This document shows, in pieces, positions 14,320-26,588 of a stretch of DNA of 64,000 nucleotides; the stretch's first letter is position 1, and the number at the start of each line of letters is the position of its first letter. The notes below the pieces were generated by a model. The model worked only from the letters and a program-made list of their open reading frames with translations, searched no databases and had not been told where the DNA came from. The stretch covers positions 3,472,001 through 3,536,000 of the forward strand of contig OX597826.1 of NCBI GenBank assembly GCA_951406725.2, read 5' to 3'. Origin of the DNA: Octopus vulgaris (lineage: Eukaryota). Position numbers and translations under genes: made by a program.

Positions 14320-14900
14320 CTATCGATTTACACTGCTGGCAAGGTAATTGAACAATCTGTAATTATAATAGAATACGAATCCAGAAGCTGGAATAGTGGA
14401 TATATTTTGCAACCATTTAGTTTTCGAAGAGAACACCATATCACGTTGCCTTGTCCTCACCTGTATTATTTCATTTCTGAAAACTAAGATCCTTTGAATG
14501 TTTACGAGAACATTTCCTTTACTGCACAGATTATTCAACAATTGAAACAACGGGATAATTGAAATCGAACCAAAATTTTTTATCATCATATAATCTGTAT
14601 GTAACTCTTAATAGAATCATCTCTTTTAGTTGCACTAAGAGAATTTCTAGAATGTCTGTTAGCAATGTATCTACAACCTGGAACAATTTTGGAAATTACT
14701 CTGCTCGATACATAGAGTGCATAATTTTCAGTGTCTTAACACTTAACACTTATACTATTAGAAAATTTTGTATTTCCTTTTTCTTACATGATAACCAAGG
14801 GATAATGCACATCTGTAATCTTCTCACAAATGCTTACATCTTGTGGATATGTTTGAAGGACAATCGTCTACTAAAACAGTGTTCTCTTCAAATTTATAAG
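14320..14900 (-). pseudogene. Very decayed LINE reverse-transcriptase fragment (RTE-like)
   Basis: Minus-strand pieces EQSNF, DYMMIKNFGSIS and VRTRQRDMVFS resemble QAGF, DYEKAFDS and GVRQGD. Confidence 0.4.
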
Positions 14901-15163
14901 CCTCATGTTTGTAGTAAAACTATGAACAGCGTAAATAATATTTTCTTACGATGTTTCCTCTTTCAAACTGTAAAACCACTACAGCAAAAACTTCTAGCAG
15001 TTATGCTGTAATATTGGAAATTTCGTCTGTGTAAATACACTATATAATACACCATAGGCTCAAATACACTACTGCTGCCTTCTTTGAATAAAATTTTGTA
15101 GGAGTTGATGTAAAATAGGTAAATAACACAGATTAGATATCGTTCGAGCATTTTGTTGCTTTG

Positions 15164-15310
15164 GAGTGCGTAACTGGTACTTAATTTATTGACCCCGAAA
15201 GAATGAAAGCAAAGTCGACCACGGCGGAATTTGAACTTAGAACATAACGGCAGACAAAATACCGCTAGGCATTTCGCCCGGCGTACTAACGTTTCTGTCA
15301 GCTCACCGCA
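15164..15310 (-). mobile_element. SINE family 2 fragment
   Basis: Same core as 12897-13112. Confidence 0.8.
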
Positions 15311-16340
15311 AACTTCTTACCACACAGACACATCTACAAACCTTCACCCTTTCATTAAAATATCATGCATTTTTGCAAATTGCTTTTGAATATGGTACTA
15401 CCAGCGTAAAAGACCTTTTTCGTGGAGTGGATCCTCTCTAGAATCAATGTAACTCGTTATTTAAGGACAATGAAAAGGAAAGAGATTTAATATGGTGAAA
15501 GAGTTATTCTAGCAATATGTACAATCAGGACACCGTGTATCAGATAATAAATAAAGCTTGCTCACTTTTGTATTCCATTTGGTAGAACCCCTGTAATTTT
15601 CCTATGCCAGTACAGCCTATCCTGTTCGTTTGCCACATAAATTTTCACACATTTATCTATCATTTTTACCACTTTAAAATGGTGACAATCGATGAGTTTT
15701 ATATTCTTGTAACGTTTTCTCAATGAAATGTTTCAGAACTGTGTTGAAGATGATGGTGGAGATATATCGTTGTGAACTTATTTCCGTGTGTCTGTACACA
15801 TTTCTGATTTCATTAATTTGTTAACTGGTCTAGACATAAGTACAGCTTCCGAAGACTGAAAGCGAGAATGCACTTAGAGAGTGGAACTAAATACCATCAG
15901 ATATTTTAATTTCGCTTTTCAAAATTCCTTTGCTGCACACCGATACATCCTTCCTATACGGCACAACGTCTGCAACTAAGATGAATTTTCAACTATTTCC
16001 TTTAAGTACATATGAAGGTCATCTTGAAACTGAAAGGAAAATGAAGATGTTGCCGTTTTCATGTAAGAAACTATCTTCTGAATTAGAGGGAGAAGAGATT
16101 CCATTAAATTATGTATTATATATACGTCAAAAATTTTTGATATATTTTGAGAAACTGTCGGCCAATATAAATAATTTAGTTGTATATACTTTCATCTTCT
16201 CATTTCTAGGAAGGGATTCAGACAAATTAATAAGGACAATCGATAGTACTTCTGTTTATAAAAATAAAAGGGGTTCATATCTGTAACTTGTAATAAAACG
16301 CATATGTATGTATATATATATATATATATATATATACATA

Positions 16341-16543
16341 CATACTCATATACACACGTCATGATAGATCGTTAGCCACTACACCCATTTTTTCTCTCCT
16401 TGTTTCCTGTGTCCATTTCTGTAGAAGAGCGTAGGCTCGAAACGTAAAATACATTTTCTATTCCTTATCGTTATAGTAATACGTCTGTTTGTTTTGTACA
16501 CCACCTGTCTTCGTCTTTTGTTGTTTTTGTCGTAAACTCTCCC
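16341..16543 (+). mobile_element. Penelope pLTR-like short element (family B) with HHR-like motif at 16416-16449
   Basis: TTT-CTGTAGA-A-GAGC-GTAG-GCTC-GAAA-CG-TA-AAA. Related to the 3' end of the Penelope at ~25330-25460; sits between TA/CA repeat tracts. Confidence 0.75.
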
Positions 16544-16547
16544 TATA

Positions 16548-16590
<43 letters not shown>

Positions 16591-16591
<1 letters not shown>

Positions 16592-16814
16592 CAATTGCAG
16601 TGGGGAAGGTGTTTGTAAGCCATTTAAGAAACACACAAAAGCCGATCGATTCACTCCAACATTTAAGTTTAATTTGTCAAAATATTTTCGTCGCTAAAAT
16701 CCGCGACCTGTTCACGAAAATATTTTGACAAATTAAACTTGAATGTTGGAGTGAATCGAACGGCTTTTGTGTGTTTCTTAAATGGCTTACAAACACCTTC
16801 CACGCTGCAATTGT
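16591..16814. repeat. Foldback element with ~100-bp inverted arms and a central HHR-like motif (G3:C8 core, minus strand)
   Basis: Arms 16591-16691 and 16714-16814 are near-perfect reverse complements. Minus strand 16715-16676 reads GTGAACA-G-GTCGC-GGATTTTA-GCGAC-GAAA-ATAT-TT-TGAC. Confidence 0.85.
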
Positions 16815-16867
16815 TTTCGTTTCAGCACACGATCTCAGATCAAATCACTTGCTATGCGAGTACATCT

Positions 16868-16905
<38 letters not shown>

Positions 16906-17025
16906 TAGCCATACCTTTATGCCCACGGTTTATATATACAGGTAGAATAGTGAGCTGTCATGTAGACGTATGTATATGTCCGTGAGTGTGTATATATGTG
17001 TATGTATATATAGATATGTATATAC

Positions 17026-17081
<56 letters not shown>

Positions 17082-17377
17082 GTACATGTATATGCATACA
17101 TATGTAGGTAAATTGATAGGAATGTAAACAGATTGACTTATAGATAGACAAATGGATAGGTAAAATGAACAGACAATCGCACATATGCACATACATACAC
17201 AAATGGAAGCTGAAACACATGACCATAACCATACACGTATATTTCACACAAGGACACATATGGAGACACACATCCATACATGCATTCATATATACATATG
17301 TGTATGCGCAGGTGGATTGAACCACACACATGCGCACAAACAAACAAAAAGAGCCCTGCTCAGAGAGCGCAGAGAAT

Positions 17378-17472
17378 CAACGACTATGGAAAAGGTTACA
17401 AAACGCAACGAAAGGTTCAGAAAAAATAAAGTCATAAATGAGTGGAAACTGAAGACTCTTCCCAGACACAAA
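17378..17472 (+). mobile_element. Short element family D (degenerate HHR-like, U3:A8 type)
   Basis: CAACGACTATGGAAAAGGTTACAAAACGCAACGAAA...TAAATGAGTGGAAAC..GACTCTTCCCAGA. Homologous to 23405-23545 and 29435-29572. Confidence 0.6.
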
Positions 17473-17556
17473 GATATACATATATACATTTACAGATAAA
17501 TTCCTCTATTTACATTATATCGAGGTCTCTTTCTTTTGTTGTCTTAGCGTTTTTAT

Positions 17557-17635
<79 letters not shown>

Positions 17636-17681
17636 GATAGATAGATAGATAGATAGATTGATAGATAGATAGATACATAAT

Positions 17682-17800
<119 letters not shown>

Positions 17801-18008
17801 ATACATACACGTGTCTGCACTGATGGATAAAAAGTAAAGTCAACTTATGCAACATTTGAAAACACTACATAAAGCCGAAAGACATCCACCAATAAACCTA
17901 GTCCGGCGGGATTAATCGATAGATAAATTGCCAGTTATATGCATATTTGTATATATACGCATGCATATGTATAAGCATATACCTGTATATACATATGCAT
18001 ATACATTG

Positions 18009-18070
<62 letters not shown>

Positions 18071-18072
<2 letters not shown>

Positions 18073-18254
18073 GGAGTAAACACATGAATGTGAAACAAGG
18101 TGGAAAAAAGAGTACTCAAATACCAGTGGTAGAGTAATATGCTTTATTTAAAGCAGCAGAAAATTCAACAAAACCTGTTGAACGTTGCCGTTCATCGGAC
18201 AGTTTTTGCTAGAACTGTCCAGGTTTTGTTGAATTTTCTGCTGCTTTAAATAAA

Positions 18255-18256
<2 letters not shown>
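18071..18256. repeat. Foldback element (family C): perfect 36-bp inverted repeat around a partial HHR-like core
   Basis: 18142-18177 and 18220-18255 are exact reverse complements. The centre on the minus strand reads AAAACTGT-CCGATGA-ACG-GCAA-CGT. Flanked by (TA)n. Confidence 0.85.
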
Positions 18257-18292
<36 letters not shown>

Positions 18293-18297
18293 TTCAA

Positions 18298-18500
18298 AAT
18301 GTGACCTCGTGTGTACCGTTGGCGATATTTTTCCCCCTTTCTTCCCTTCCCTGGATCTTTCCTTCTCCTATTTTTCCGACGAAGAGCTCCGCTCGAAACG
18401 TACAACCCTCCTTCTTCCCTGAGCGTCCAATAATACTATATTTGTTCCACGTCCTCGCGTTGTTGTGTTTTCTCTTTGTGTTTTCATGTTTGGATTAACT
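18298..18500 (+). mobile_element. Penelope pLTR-like short element (family A) with HHR-like motif at 18372-18406
   Basis: CCGACGA-A-GAGC-TCC-GCTC-GAAA-CG-TA. Homologous to 31366-31574 and 60888-61088; ends in (TA)n. Confidence 0.8.
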
Positions 18501-19369
18501 ATATATATATAATTATGGAGTATACAAGACAAGGTGTATACACGAGTATAAGTTATTACTCATGTATGATTATATATATATATGTGTGCATGTGTGAGTA
18601 GATGTATGTGTGTGTGTGTGTATGTAGTTGTGTATGATTGTGTGTGTGTGCGTGGCTGCAAATAAATGAAGATAATTACTTTGCCCATAGGCTTCAAGTC
18701 TCCGATCGAAATGAAAGACGACATTCTATTTTCGTAATGATTATGGCTTCATCAACTGCACATGTAGCACAATTGCAAGGAATTCTAAATGGAGATTACT
18801 TTATTAATCGATATGGTAAGCGAAACGTATTAGCCTCAGCGATTGCATACTGATATGACAAAGTTTGCTATACTAAGCAATACTTTAATTCGCTATAGAG
18901 ATTATATATCATACTTTAATTTATAAAACATTTATTTTGATGAAGGGCAAAACGCGGGTTAACCCACCGGAGGAAGATTGTTGGTGGATTTCTTTTGGCT
19001 TTATGTAGTGTTTCCAAATGTCGCGTAAGTCGACTTTACATTTTATTCTTCAGTACAGACACATGTACGATTCAAATATAGGTGTCGAATAATCGACTTT
19101 TCTCCTACCTACCAATCGGTTTGTCTTTTGTCAAACATTATGAAGTATATTAAGAGGAACTGCAATGAAGATTAAAGGTGATGGGATGGCATAAATTATT
19201 GTTGGCAGGTGGGACAATATGGTTAGCGTCGTACCTTCCAGCTCTTTATGTTCCGGCCGAGGTGAATTTCCTCTTTCATCTCTTTAAGCACGATACAAAA
19301 ACATAAAACACTAGTCAACTCCTGGAGTCGATGTAATCGATTTGTCCGTTCTTCTTAATATTTTTTTGG

Positions 19370-19786
19370 TTGAACAGGTAAGCGTATTTTTCAGGTGAAA
19401 TGTTGGTAATATATAGATTGTGGAAACTGGGTAACCAGCGTTATGAGTCCTGCTGTTCATATTCTTTGTAATATAGATTTACAAGCAATCATTCTGCTGC
19501 CCTTATTAACTGAACATAAGCTATTTTTTTATTTACGGTTTTCTTCGATTTTTATAATAATATCATTTTAAACTGCAATTTGTTATTTCATGCAACCGGC
19601 TTTTGAAAAGACCGTTTGTTGAAAGGACAGATGAAACAAAACCATTTTCAAATGTGTAGCTATCAAAGTTATTAACATTCTGCATATAATTTTATCTTGC
19701 TCTATCCTAAACAAAACTGTCCGACGGACGGGAATGTGAAATTCCGTGTAACAGTTTTTGTGATATTTTTGCTGCTTTTTAATAAA

Positions 19787-19788
<2 letters not shown>
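19370..19788 (+). mobile_element. Decayed Penelope-like 3' end (family C) with HHR-like motif at 19713-19758
   Basis: Stem I AAAACTGT/ACAGTTTT encloses CCGACGG-ACG-GGAA-TGT-GAAA-TTCCGTG-TA. The tail matches the 18220-18255 arm. A weak IVETG (YIGETG-like) remnant lies upstream. Confidence 0.6.
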
Positions 19789-19870
<82 letters not shown>

Positions 19871-20030
19871 AGAACTGCTCGAAATACGAAGTAGAGAAAT
19901 ACCTGACAACTGATGAAGGGTCATTTTGCTTGTTTTGTATTTCATGTTGTTTACGTTCTGTGGTGTCCTGTACCCATATATGCATGTGTATATGCATGTA
20001 TGTAGGCATATATATATATATATATATATT

Positions 20031-20607
20031 GAGACTTGAGCACTCATTTCTAAATAGGTTGATGTTCACTGCATGCTTGAGGCTTCGTGCTAATTTTATA
20101 ATTTATATCTTATAAGGATATTAAACCTGTGAACCGCCTATGTTACTGCTGTTAATACTATCAATTGAAAATATTCGCCATAGATGCTATTAACAATAGT
20201 GACATCTTATTTCGAATGTATACAGTGGAGTGTGTTTGCTCATAAACACTTTTCACGATGCATTGCTGGTATTTCCATCATCCCAGAGCGCTGATGGATT
20301 TGGAATTTTTTACCCGGTAACTTATACGGAGGAAGGTTAAGGCCCTCGGCCTAACATCCGAAACCATGGTACACGAGTATCTGAACGGCATAATCTTTAT
20401 GGGTATGCAATTTAATTCTTTGCTCGTTTCCGTGCATACTATTATTTTCTGTTATTTTGCTGCCTTCCGGCGGTTGAATCGAGGCTTTGACACTCATTTC
20501 TAAATAGGTTCACGTTCACTGCATCCTTAAAGGTTCGCGCTAATTTTATATTTTATAGCATATAATGCTATTAAACCTTTGAACTGCATATGTTACTGCT
20601 GTTAATA
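20031..20607 (+). mobile_element. Partial-tandem element (450-bp period, ~127-bp terminal direct repeat) with HHR-like motif at 20320-20378
   Basis: 20031-20157 repeats at 20481-20607. The centre has CGGAGGA, a GTTA.GGCC/GGCCTAAC hairpin, then GAAA-CCATGG-TA. Confidence 0.7.
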
Positions 20608-20609
20608 TA

Positions 20610-21203
20610 TGTCTTGCAAACAACTTGCACATGCAAGTGCTAACAGTCGAGAACTCCACATACAGGAAGCCAGCAAGTGTATGGGGCCATCAGGAGAGAA
20701 TGCGCGCCGTTTCGGGGCCTGCCTCTCGACGGCTTCAATGCACACCGGACCCCTCACTGATATAAGTCCCGCTTGCTAGATCAACTGGTTATTAAATATA
20801 GCTCAATATTTCACTAGCCATCGTTCATCATTTCTTTTTAACCAAATCCAGTGGATAACTTTCTCCACTGTAGTTTGGATATCGGTCATGGTGGGATTTA
20901 CTTTACGATGAGTTAGGCCTAACAATAATAACAGTCGTATCACACTGTGTCCAACAAACCCTCTACATCCAACTGCGATTGGAAAATGCTCCGCTTTCCA
21001 GCTTGCGTCTTCTCATTCCTCGAGAAGGTTTACATAACGGTCAATCTTTCGAGCCCGAGCGGCGTCCATGTAATCTTCCTGAGGAACCGTTAACTCGACT
21101 AGATTTACAACTTTCTTTCCTTCACACCACATTAAAATGTCGGGTTTTTTCGTAACTGTCACCCTGGTAAATCTGCAGTCACATTCCAATAGCCGTTTCA
21201 GAT
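20610..21203 (-). pseudogene. HERO-like (R2-group) LINE 3' end: REL endonuclease plus 3'UTR
   Basis: Manual translation KKPDILMWCEGKKVVNLVELTVPQEDYMDAARARKIDRYVNLLEE*EDASWKAEHFPIAVGCRGFVG...HWIWLKR, stop at 20803-20805. Absent from the ORF track because of the internal TGA. Confidence 0.85.
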
Positions 21204-21377
21204 GTATTAGTATAACGCTAAGGAATAGAAAAAGTATTTTACGTTTCGAACCTACGCTCTTCTACAGAAAGGGACACAGAAAAAACAAGGAGAGAAACAA
21301 GGAGAGAAAAAAAGAGAGAAAAGAAGGAGAGAAAAAAGGAGAGAAACGAATGTGTGTAGTGGCTAACGATCTATCAT
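21204..21377 (-). mobile_element. Family B pLTR-like element (inverted copy of 16341-16480)
   Basis: Minus strand TTT-CTGTAGA-A-GAGC-GTAG-GTTC-GAAA-CG-TA-AAA; shares the ATGATAGATCGTTAGCCACTACAC start. Confidence 0.8.
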
Positions 21378-22528
21378 CGTTCTAGTCATTTCTTCCTATC
21401 TTATTCAAGTGATTGTGTCGTGTCGATACATCTTCTAAATAACAATCGTTGCGATCCGTTACTCCACGTCACTCCACTCTTTGTGGTGAGCCACATTTCG
21501 TAGCATAAGTAACCATTCTCCTTCTTATTAATTATCTAAAGTCCTTTATTGCAATGAGTAATCATTTCTCTCTTTATTGTTCAATATCAAGTATGAATGC
21601 CCCCATATACAAACACATGTTTGTATTAATGGTATGCGTGTGTTTGTGTGTATGTATGTCATTATAAATGTATTGTGTGTGTATGTATGTATTTATCTCT
21701 GTAATTATGCGTGTCTGTTTATATGTCTGTTTGAATGCATATGTGTATGTATGTATGTGTGTATGTATAGGAGTGTGAGAGAAAATGTGCAATAAGGAAT
21801 ATATCGAGCTGTGGGAAATGAAAGCGGGGGCGTTAAAAAATATTTCAGTCAAGTTTCAGATGCAGATGACTAAAGCAAAAATCAAAATAAAGAGTAAGCA
21901 ACAGATAAGCATATTATGGGAGTGAGTGTAGAACATGGAACATGGAAGTTGAAGGAAAGGATGATCACGGAATTAAAATAGATATAGGCGGGAAAAGATA
22001 ATAATTACATGGTGAATTTCTCACATAAAAAATTGAAAAGCCCATATATAGATAAACAAACAACGAACTTCATCTGTCGTTTTCTAAAATGGAAAACGAA
22101 AACACAAATAAATATATAAACAGAATCAATCAAATATACGAAGATGGAAACACGATCTCAGATGAAATAAATAAACTAAAATAAAATATGTTGATAACAA
22201 TAAAAATAATATAAAGCGTGATATTAATAACAGCATTAACAGTAACAACAAACCGAATGATATTAGAAACACTACTGCCATTTCATACACACACACCACA
22301 CACACACATATACACATACTAAATTAAATATATACATGGAAGTGCACTTATAGTTATTTTCATTATATGTATGTATACACGTACGTGAGTGTTTGTACAT
22401 ATATATTTATATAGAGATTTATATATTTATTGCATATATATATGTATATATATATATATATGCACATTATATATAGATATGCATTTATATATACATACAT
22501 ATAAGTATATATATATATATATATATAT

Positions 22529-22567
<39 letters not shown>

Positions 22568-22661
22568 GGTATGTATGTATGTATACATACATATACATAT
22601 ATATATATAATTCTAATTATATCCATATGTACATGTTACATATATGTATTCATTTATTATC

Positions 22662-23093
22662 TTACTAGTTTCAGTCCTTTGACTGCTGCCATGCTGGAGT
22701 AACATCTTTAGTTGAACAAATCGACCCCAGGACTTATTCCATCTAAGGCTAATACTTATTCTTTTTTTATCTTTAACACTAACATCGTTTGTCAAGCGAT
22801 GGTGGGTGAAGAGCAGAAAAATCTACACACACACGTACATATTATATATACATCTATTCTACTGTCTTTACGTTCTGAGTTCAAATTTCGCCGAACTCGG
22901 CTTTGCCTTTCATCTTTTCGGAGTCGAAAAATTAAGTACCAGTTACATACTGGGGTCGATCTAATCGACTGGCTCCGTACACTAAAATTTCGACATTGTG
23001 CCTAGAGTAGAAAAGAATATTCGTTTATTATATACTCTTCTTACTCTTTTACTTGTTTCAGTCATTTGACTGTGGCCATGCTGGAGCACCGCC
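22662..23093. mobile_element. SINE family 1 and family 2 fragments
   Basis: Family-1 tails at ~22665 and 23051-23093; family-2 body at ~22862-23015. Confidence 0.75.
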
Positions 23094-23096
23094 ATT

Positions 23097-23102
23097 AAAA
23101 AA
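23097..23102 (-). terminator. Pol III terminator (T6) of tRNA-Leu
   Basis: TTTTTT on the minus strand, 5 nt after the tRNA 3' end. Confidence 0.85.
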
Positions 23103-23107
23103 TTATC

Positions 23108-23222
23108 TGTCAGAAGTGGGATTCGAACCCACGCCCACATTCGTGGACCAGAATACTCGACGTTCTGGTTAAGATAACATGTACCTTGAGTCTGGCGCCT
23201 TAGACCGCTCGGCCATCCTGAC
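23108..23222 (-). tRNA. tRNA-Leu-CAA: tRNA-Leu(CAA) with 31-nt intron (23154-23184)
   Basis: GTCAGGATGGCCGAGCGGTCTAAGGCGCCAGACTCAAG[intron]TTCTGGTCCACGAATGTGGGCGTGGGTTCGAATCCCACTTCTGACA. All stems pair, long variable arm, intron at the canonical 37/38 position, T6 terminator, AT-rich upstream region. Confidence 0.97.
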
Positions 23223-23404
23223 ACCTATAATATAAATCTATAATATATATCCCGATCTGTATGTTTGTGTGTGTAAAAGATTATAACGGCGGTATTTTTC
23301 GTCAGATTTTCTCCAAACTGGGAGCATATATTACCTATGTTCCACAGGAAGGGTTTTAGACTCTTAAAACTTTTCACATTATGAGTTGTGTCTTGCAAGC
23401 TTAC

Positions 23405-23545
23405 CAACGACTATTGAAATGGTCCCAAGACGCAACCAAAATTTTAAGGAAAATAAATCAATAAGTAAATGAGTGGAAACATTTCCTGTGGGTGTGTTAG
23501 ACAATCAGGTACTAAAAGAGAATGACTCTCCCCAGAAACTACGAA
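23405..23545 (+). mobile_element. Short element family D
   Basis: CAACGACTATTGAAATGGTCCCAAGACGCAACCAAAATTTT...GAGTGGAAAC...ACTAAAAGAGAATGACTCTCCCCAG. Homologous to 17378 and 29498. Confidence 0.7.
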
Positions 23546-23650
23546 ATATATACATATATACATATATATACACACACGCACACGCACAAACACACACCAA
23601 TATATATATATATATATATATATGTATACACACACATATATGTATATATG

Positions 23651-25462
23651 CGTGACCTCATCTCCCGTGAACAACTGGTCTCCTTCCTTTCCTTTGTCCA
23701 ATCCTTCCAGCCTGCCCTCAAATTCACCTGTAGTATATCTAACTCTTCTGTCAAATTACGCGAAATTTCTCTCAGCAAATACCACTCCACACACAATACC
23801 TCCATCCATTACACACACACTGACTCACACTCCTACTTTAACTTCTCCTGCACCCACCCTGCCCACAACAATCTCTCCATCCCATACTCCCAATTCTCCG
23901 TCCACGCAGGCTCTGCAGTGACGACCATGACTTTCAGACTCAGTCCCAACTCATGGCTCTCCACCTCATCGTACGTGAATCTCCCCTCGCCATTTCCCAC
24001 ACTGCCCTTACCCGGGCACAAGCTGTGGACCGTGCTTCTTCTCTTTCAGCTTCCAACCGCCTCATCAATACCCGTCTCTCTTTTTCCTTCACCTGCCACC
24101 CCTCCACCTTTCCCGTTCAACGCACCAATCGACCATTTTTCCGATGACGCAAGTCCAAACCCTTCACCTCGCATTTCGTCCCTAATCTGCCCCTTCCTTC
24201 CTAAAAACGAGCACATAACCTAGGTGACCTTCTGCTCCAGTTTCTTCACAACCCTTACCACCAGCCTGGCTCCTTCCCCTCGTCTCCTCGACGTTGCTGC
24301 ACCTGCCATTAAATTTCTAGAACCAGCATCTTCACTGGCACCAATGAGCGTCCCTATCACGTCACCGAGTTCTTTACCTGCATCTCTAGTAAAGTTATTT
24401 ACTGCATCTCCTGCTCTCTACGTTCTTCCCTGTACATTGCCCAAACGGGACGCCGCTTGGCTGACCGGGTCATGGAGCACCTCTGAGACATCAGACTCGG
24501 TAATGCCACCTCAGTCTCGTGTCCCTTCCGCTTTACCAATCGTTCGCTACAACACCTGTTTGTGTTCGGACTGTCTTTGCACAAGGAGCACCTGGACATC
24601 CGCCTTCGCCGTGAACAGGAATGAAATTCCTCTCTTCGTTCCTTTGTGCCACATTTATTCAGCTCACTTCCTCTCATCATTTGACAGCAAACCCACACTG
24701 CCTACCTCGATACTCTCACTACACACACACACACACAACTATACAACCACCCATACACCCTGTTCAACTAATTACATCGCACCATTATACACACACCCAC
24801 ACCTTCCCACTCGACACACACTAGCACTAAACACTTGTAAGAACCCGCATCACACACCATCATGCACATTCCGACACCTACAAAAACACATGACACCTGA
24901 ACTCAGACAATAAGCACATATACACACGCAACACGCATAAGCACACACACATGCATATACTAAGATAACTTTCGTTTACAAACATACATATACACGTGCA
25001 CACTATTTGGTCACACACACACACACACGTGTATACACTACTTGAACAAACACACATCAGCTGCTATACACAGCAGCCACATACACACATGCACACACGT
25101 TAAACTCACTCGCCCCTATTTATACATACACACAGACACACACCATTCTCACATACACACAAATGCTTCCGCACCTTTATTCGTTGGGGTTCAACTTTAC
25201 TGTTTTCATTATCATCTCCCTTTCATTCAACCTCTTTTCTTCCCAGTCATTTCGTAAATGTCGGACCGTTGAACTTTGCACATTTTTTCTCTCTCCGTTT
25301 TTTTCATTCTCTCTCCATTTTTGTCAGCTCAATCCTCTCTAACGAAGAGCGTTGGCTCGAATCGTAAAAGAACTTTTCCATTTTTCCCTGAGCTTTAAAA
25401 TAATGCACTAGGTTGTTATTCCTACACCTATCTTTGTCTTTTGTTTTCTGTAAATTTGACGT
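23651..25462 (+). mobile_element. 5'-truncated Penelope-like element (Neptune-type): RT C-terminus, Cys linker, GIY-YIG endonuclease, pLTR with HHR-like motif (25334-25371)
   Basis: FLSFVQSFQPALKFTCSIS..TDSHSYFNFSCTHP..SIPYSQF; GSFP..RRCCTC; FTCISSKVIYCISC..LYIAQTGRRLADRVMEHL*DIR; CTAACGA-A-GAGC-GTTG-GCTC-GAAT-CG-TA. Frameshifted. Confidence 0.9.
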
Positions 25463-25467
25463 ATACA

Positions 25468-25513
<46 letters not shown>

Positions 25514-25700
25514 AATACACACATGTAAATTTGTATGTGCTTATTGTTTCCCAATTTCTCAATATATATTGGGAACATTCTTTGCCTGATTTTGTCTTCC
25601 TACCCGACCAGTTATTAATGCTTAACAATTTGATGTCTGTCTTGTGTTATGTCATCCATTAACGTAAAAATTAATGATTGTATTAACAATGCTAAATGTA

Positions 25701-25759
<59 letters not shown>

Positions 25760-25784
25760 TATATGTATATATATTTTTTTTATA

Positions 25785-25840
<56 letters not shown>

Positions 25841-26514
25841 AATCAAATAGGAATTCAGATCGATAAATGTGATTAAAGAAGTAATAAGAGCGAGGCAGAA
25901 GCATAGCTGCAATATAACTGCAATCTTTGGATTGAAATAGTAATAACGTAGCGGAATACACAGCTTAGCTAATGGGTATTATATGAAAGTTTTGACTGAA
26001 TCCTGGTCAGCAATATTGTATTAATTACATGTGGAAAATTATACTGCACTAGAAGTCAGATAACTTTGAGATATCGCAATTGTTCGGGTGCTTACTATTT
26101 CGTACAACATCATTATGCATTAATTAAAAAAAAAATAAGAGTTTTGTTCACAGGTTTGTTACGTAAGTAACACATAGTCAGTCGACATTTAAGAACATCT
26201 CTTGTATATTAGATGTGTTTCATATTATGTGTTATAATATGTTATGTAATAACAAGGAAGGTGAAATTGGAAAATTAATCATGACACATAAAACACTCAA
26301 CGATACAAGAAAACTGGGGATGGAGCAGACTTAAAAGAGGAAGTAGTTTTAGAATAGATGCATTTGTAGGTTAATAGGAATAAAAAAAATTGAAGACACA
26401 GGAAAAAATAACCTGCGAAAAGTTCAAAAAGCATTTGTAACAACACACGCACGTTAAAACACAAAGTGATACACACACAGAATCACACATGCGTGTACAT
26501 ATATAGAAAGGGTG

Positions 26515-26588
<74 letters not shown>

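Noticed and set aside
21013-21015. In-frame TGA in the HERO-like REL domain at a position where I recall Cys in relatives (selenocysteine idea)
   Set aside because: The copy is truncated and decayed, no SECIS is recognisable, and TGY>TGA mutation is simpler.
22982-23224. 80-aa ORF MSGWPSGLRR...
   Set aside because: It is a shadow translation of the tRNA-Leu gene.
24484-24486. TGA in the Penelope GIY-YIG domain (EHL*DIR) as possible recoding
   Set aside because: It fits CGA(Arg)>TGA CpG decay in an already frameshifted copy.
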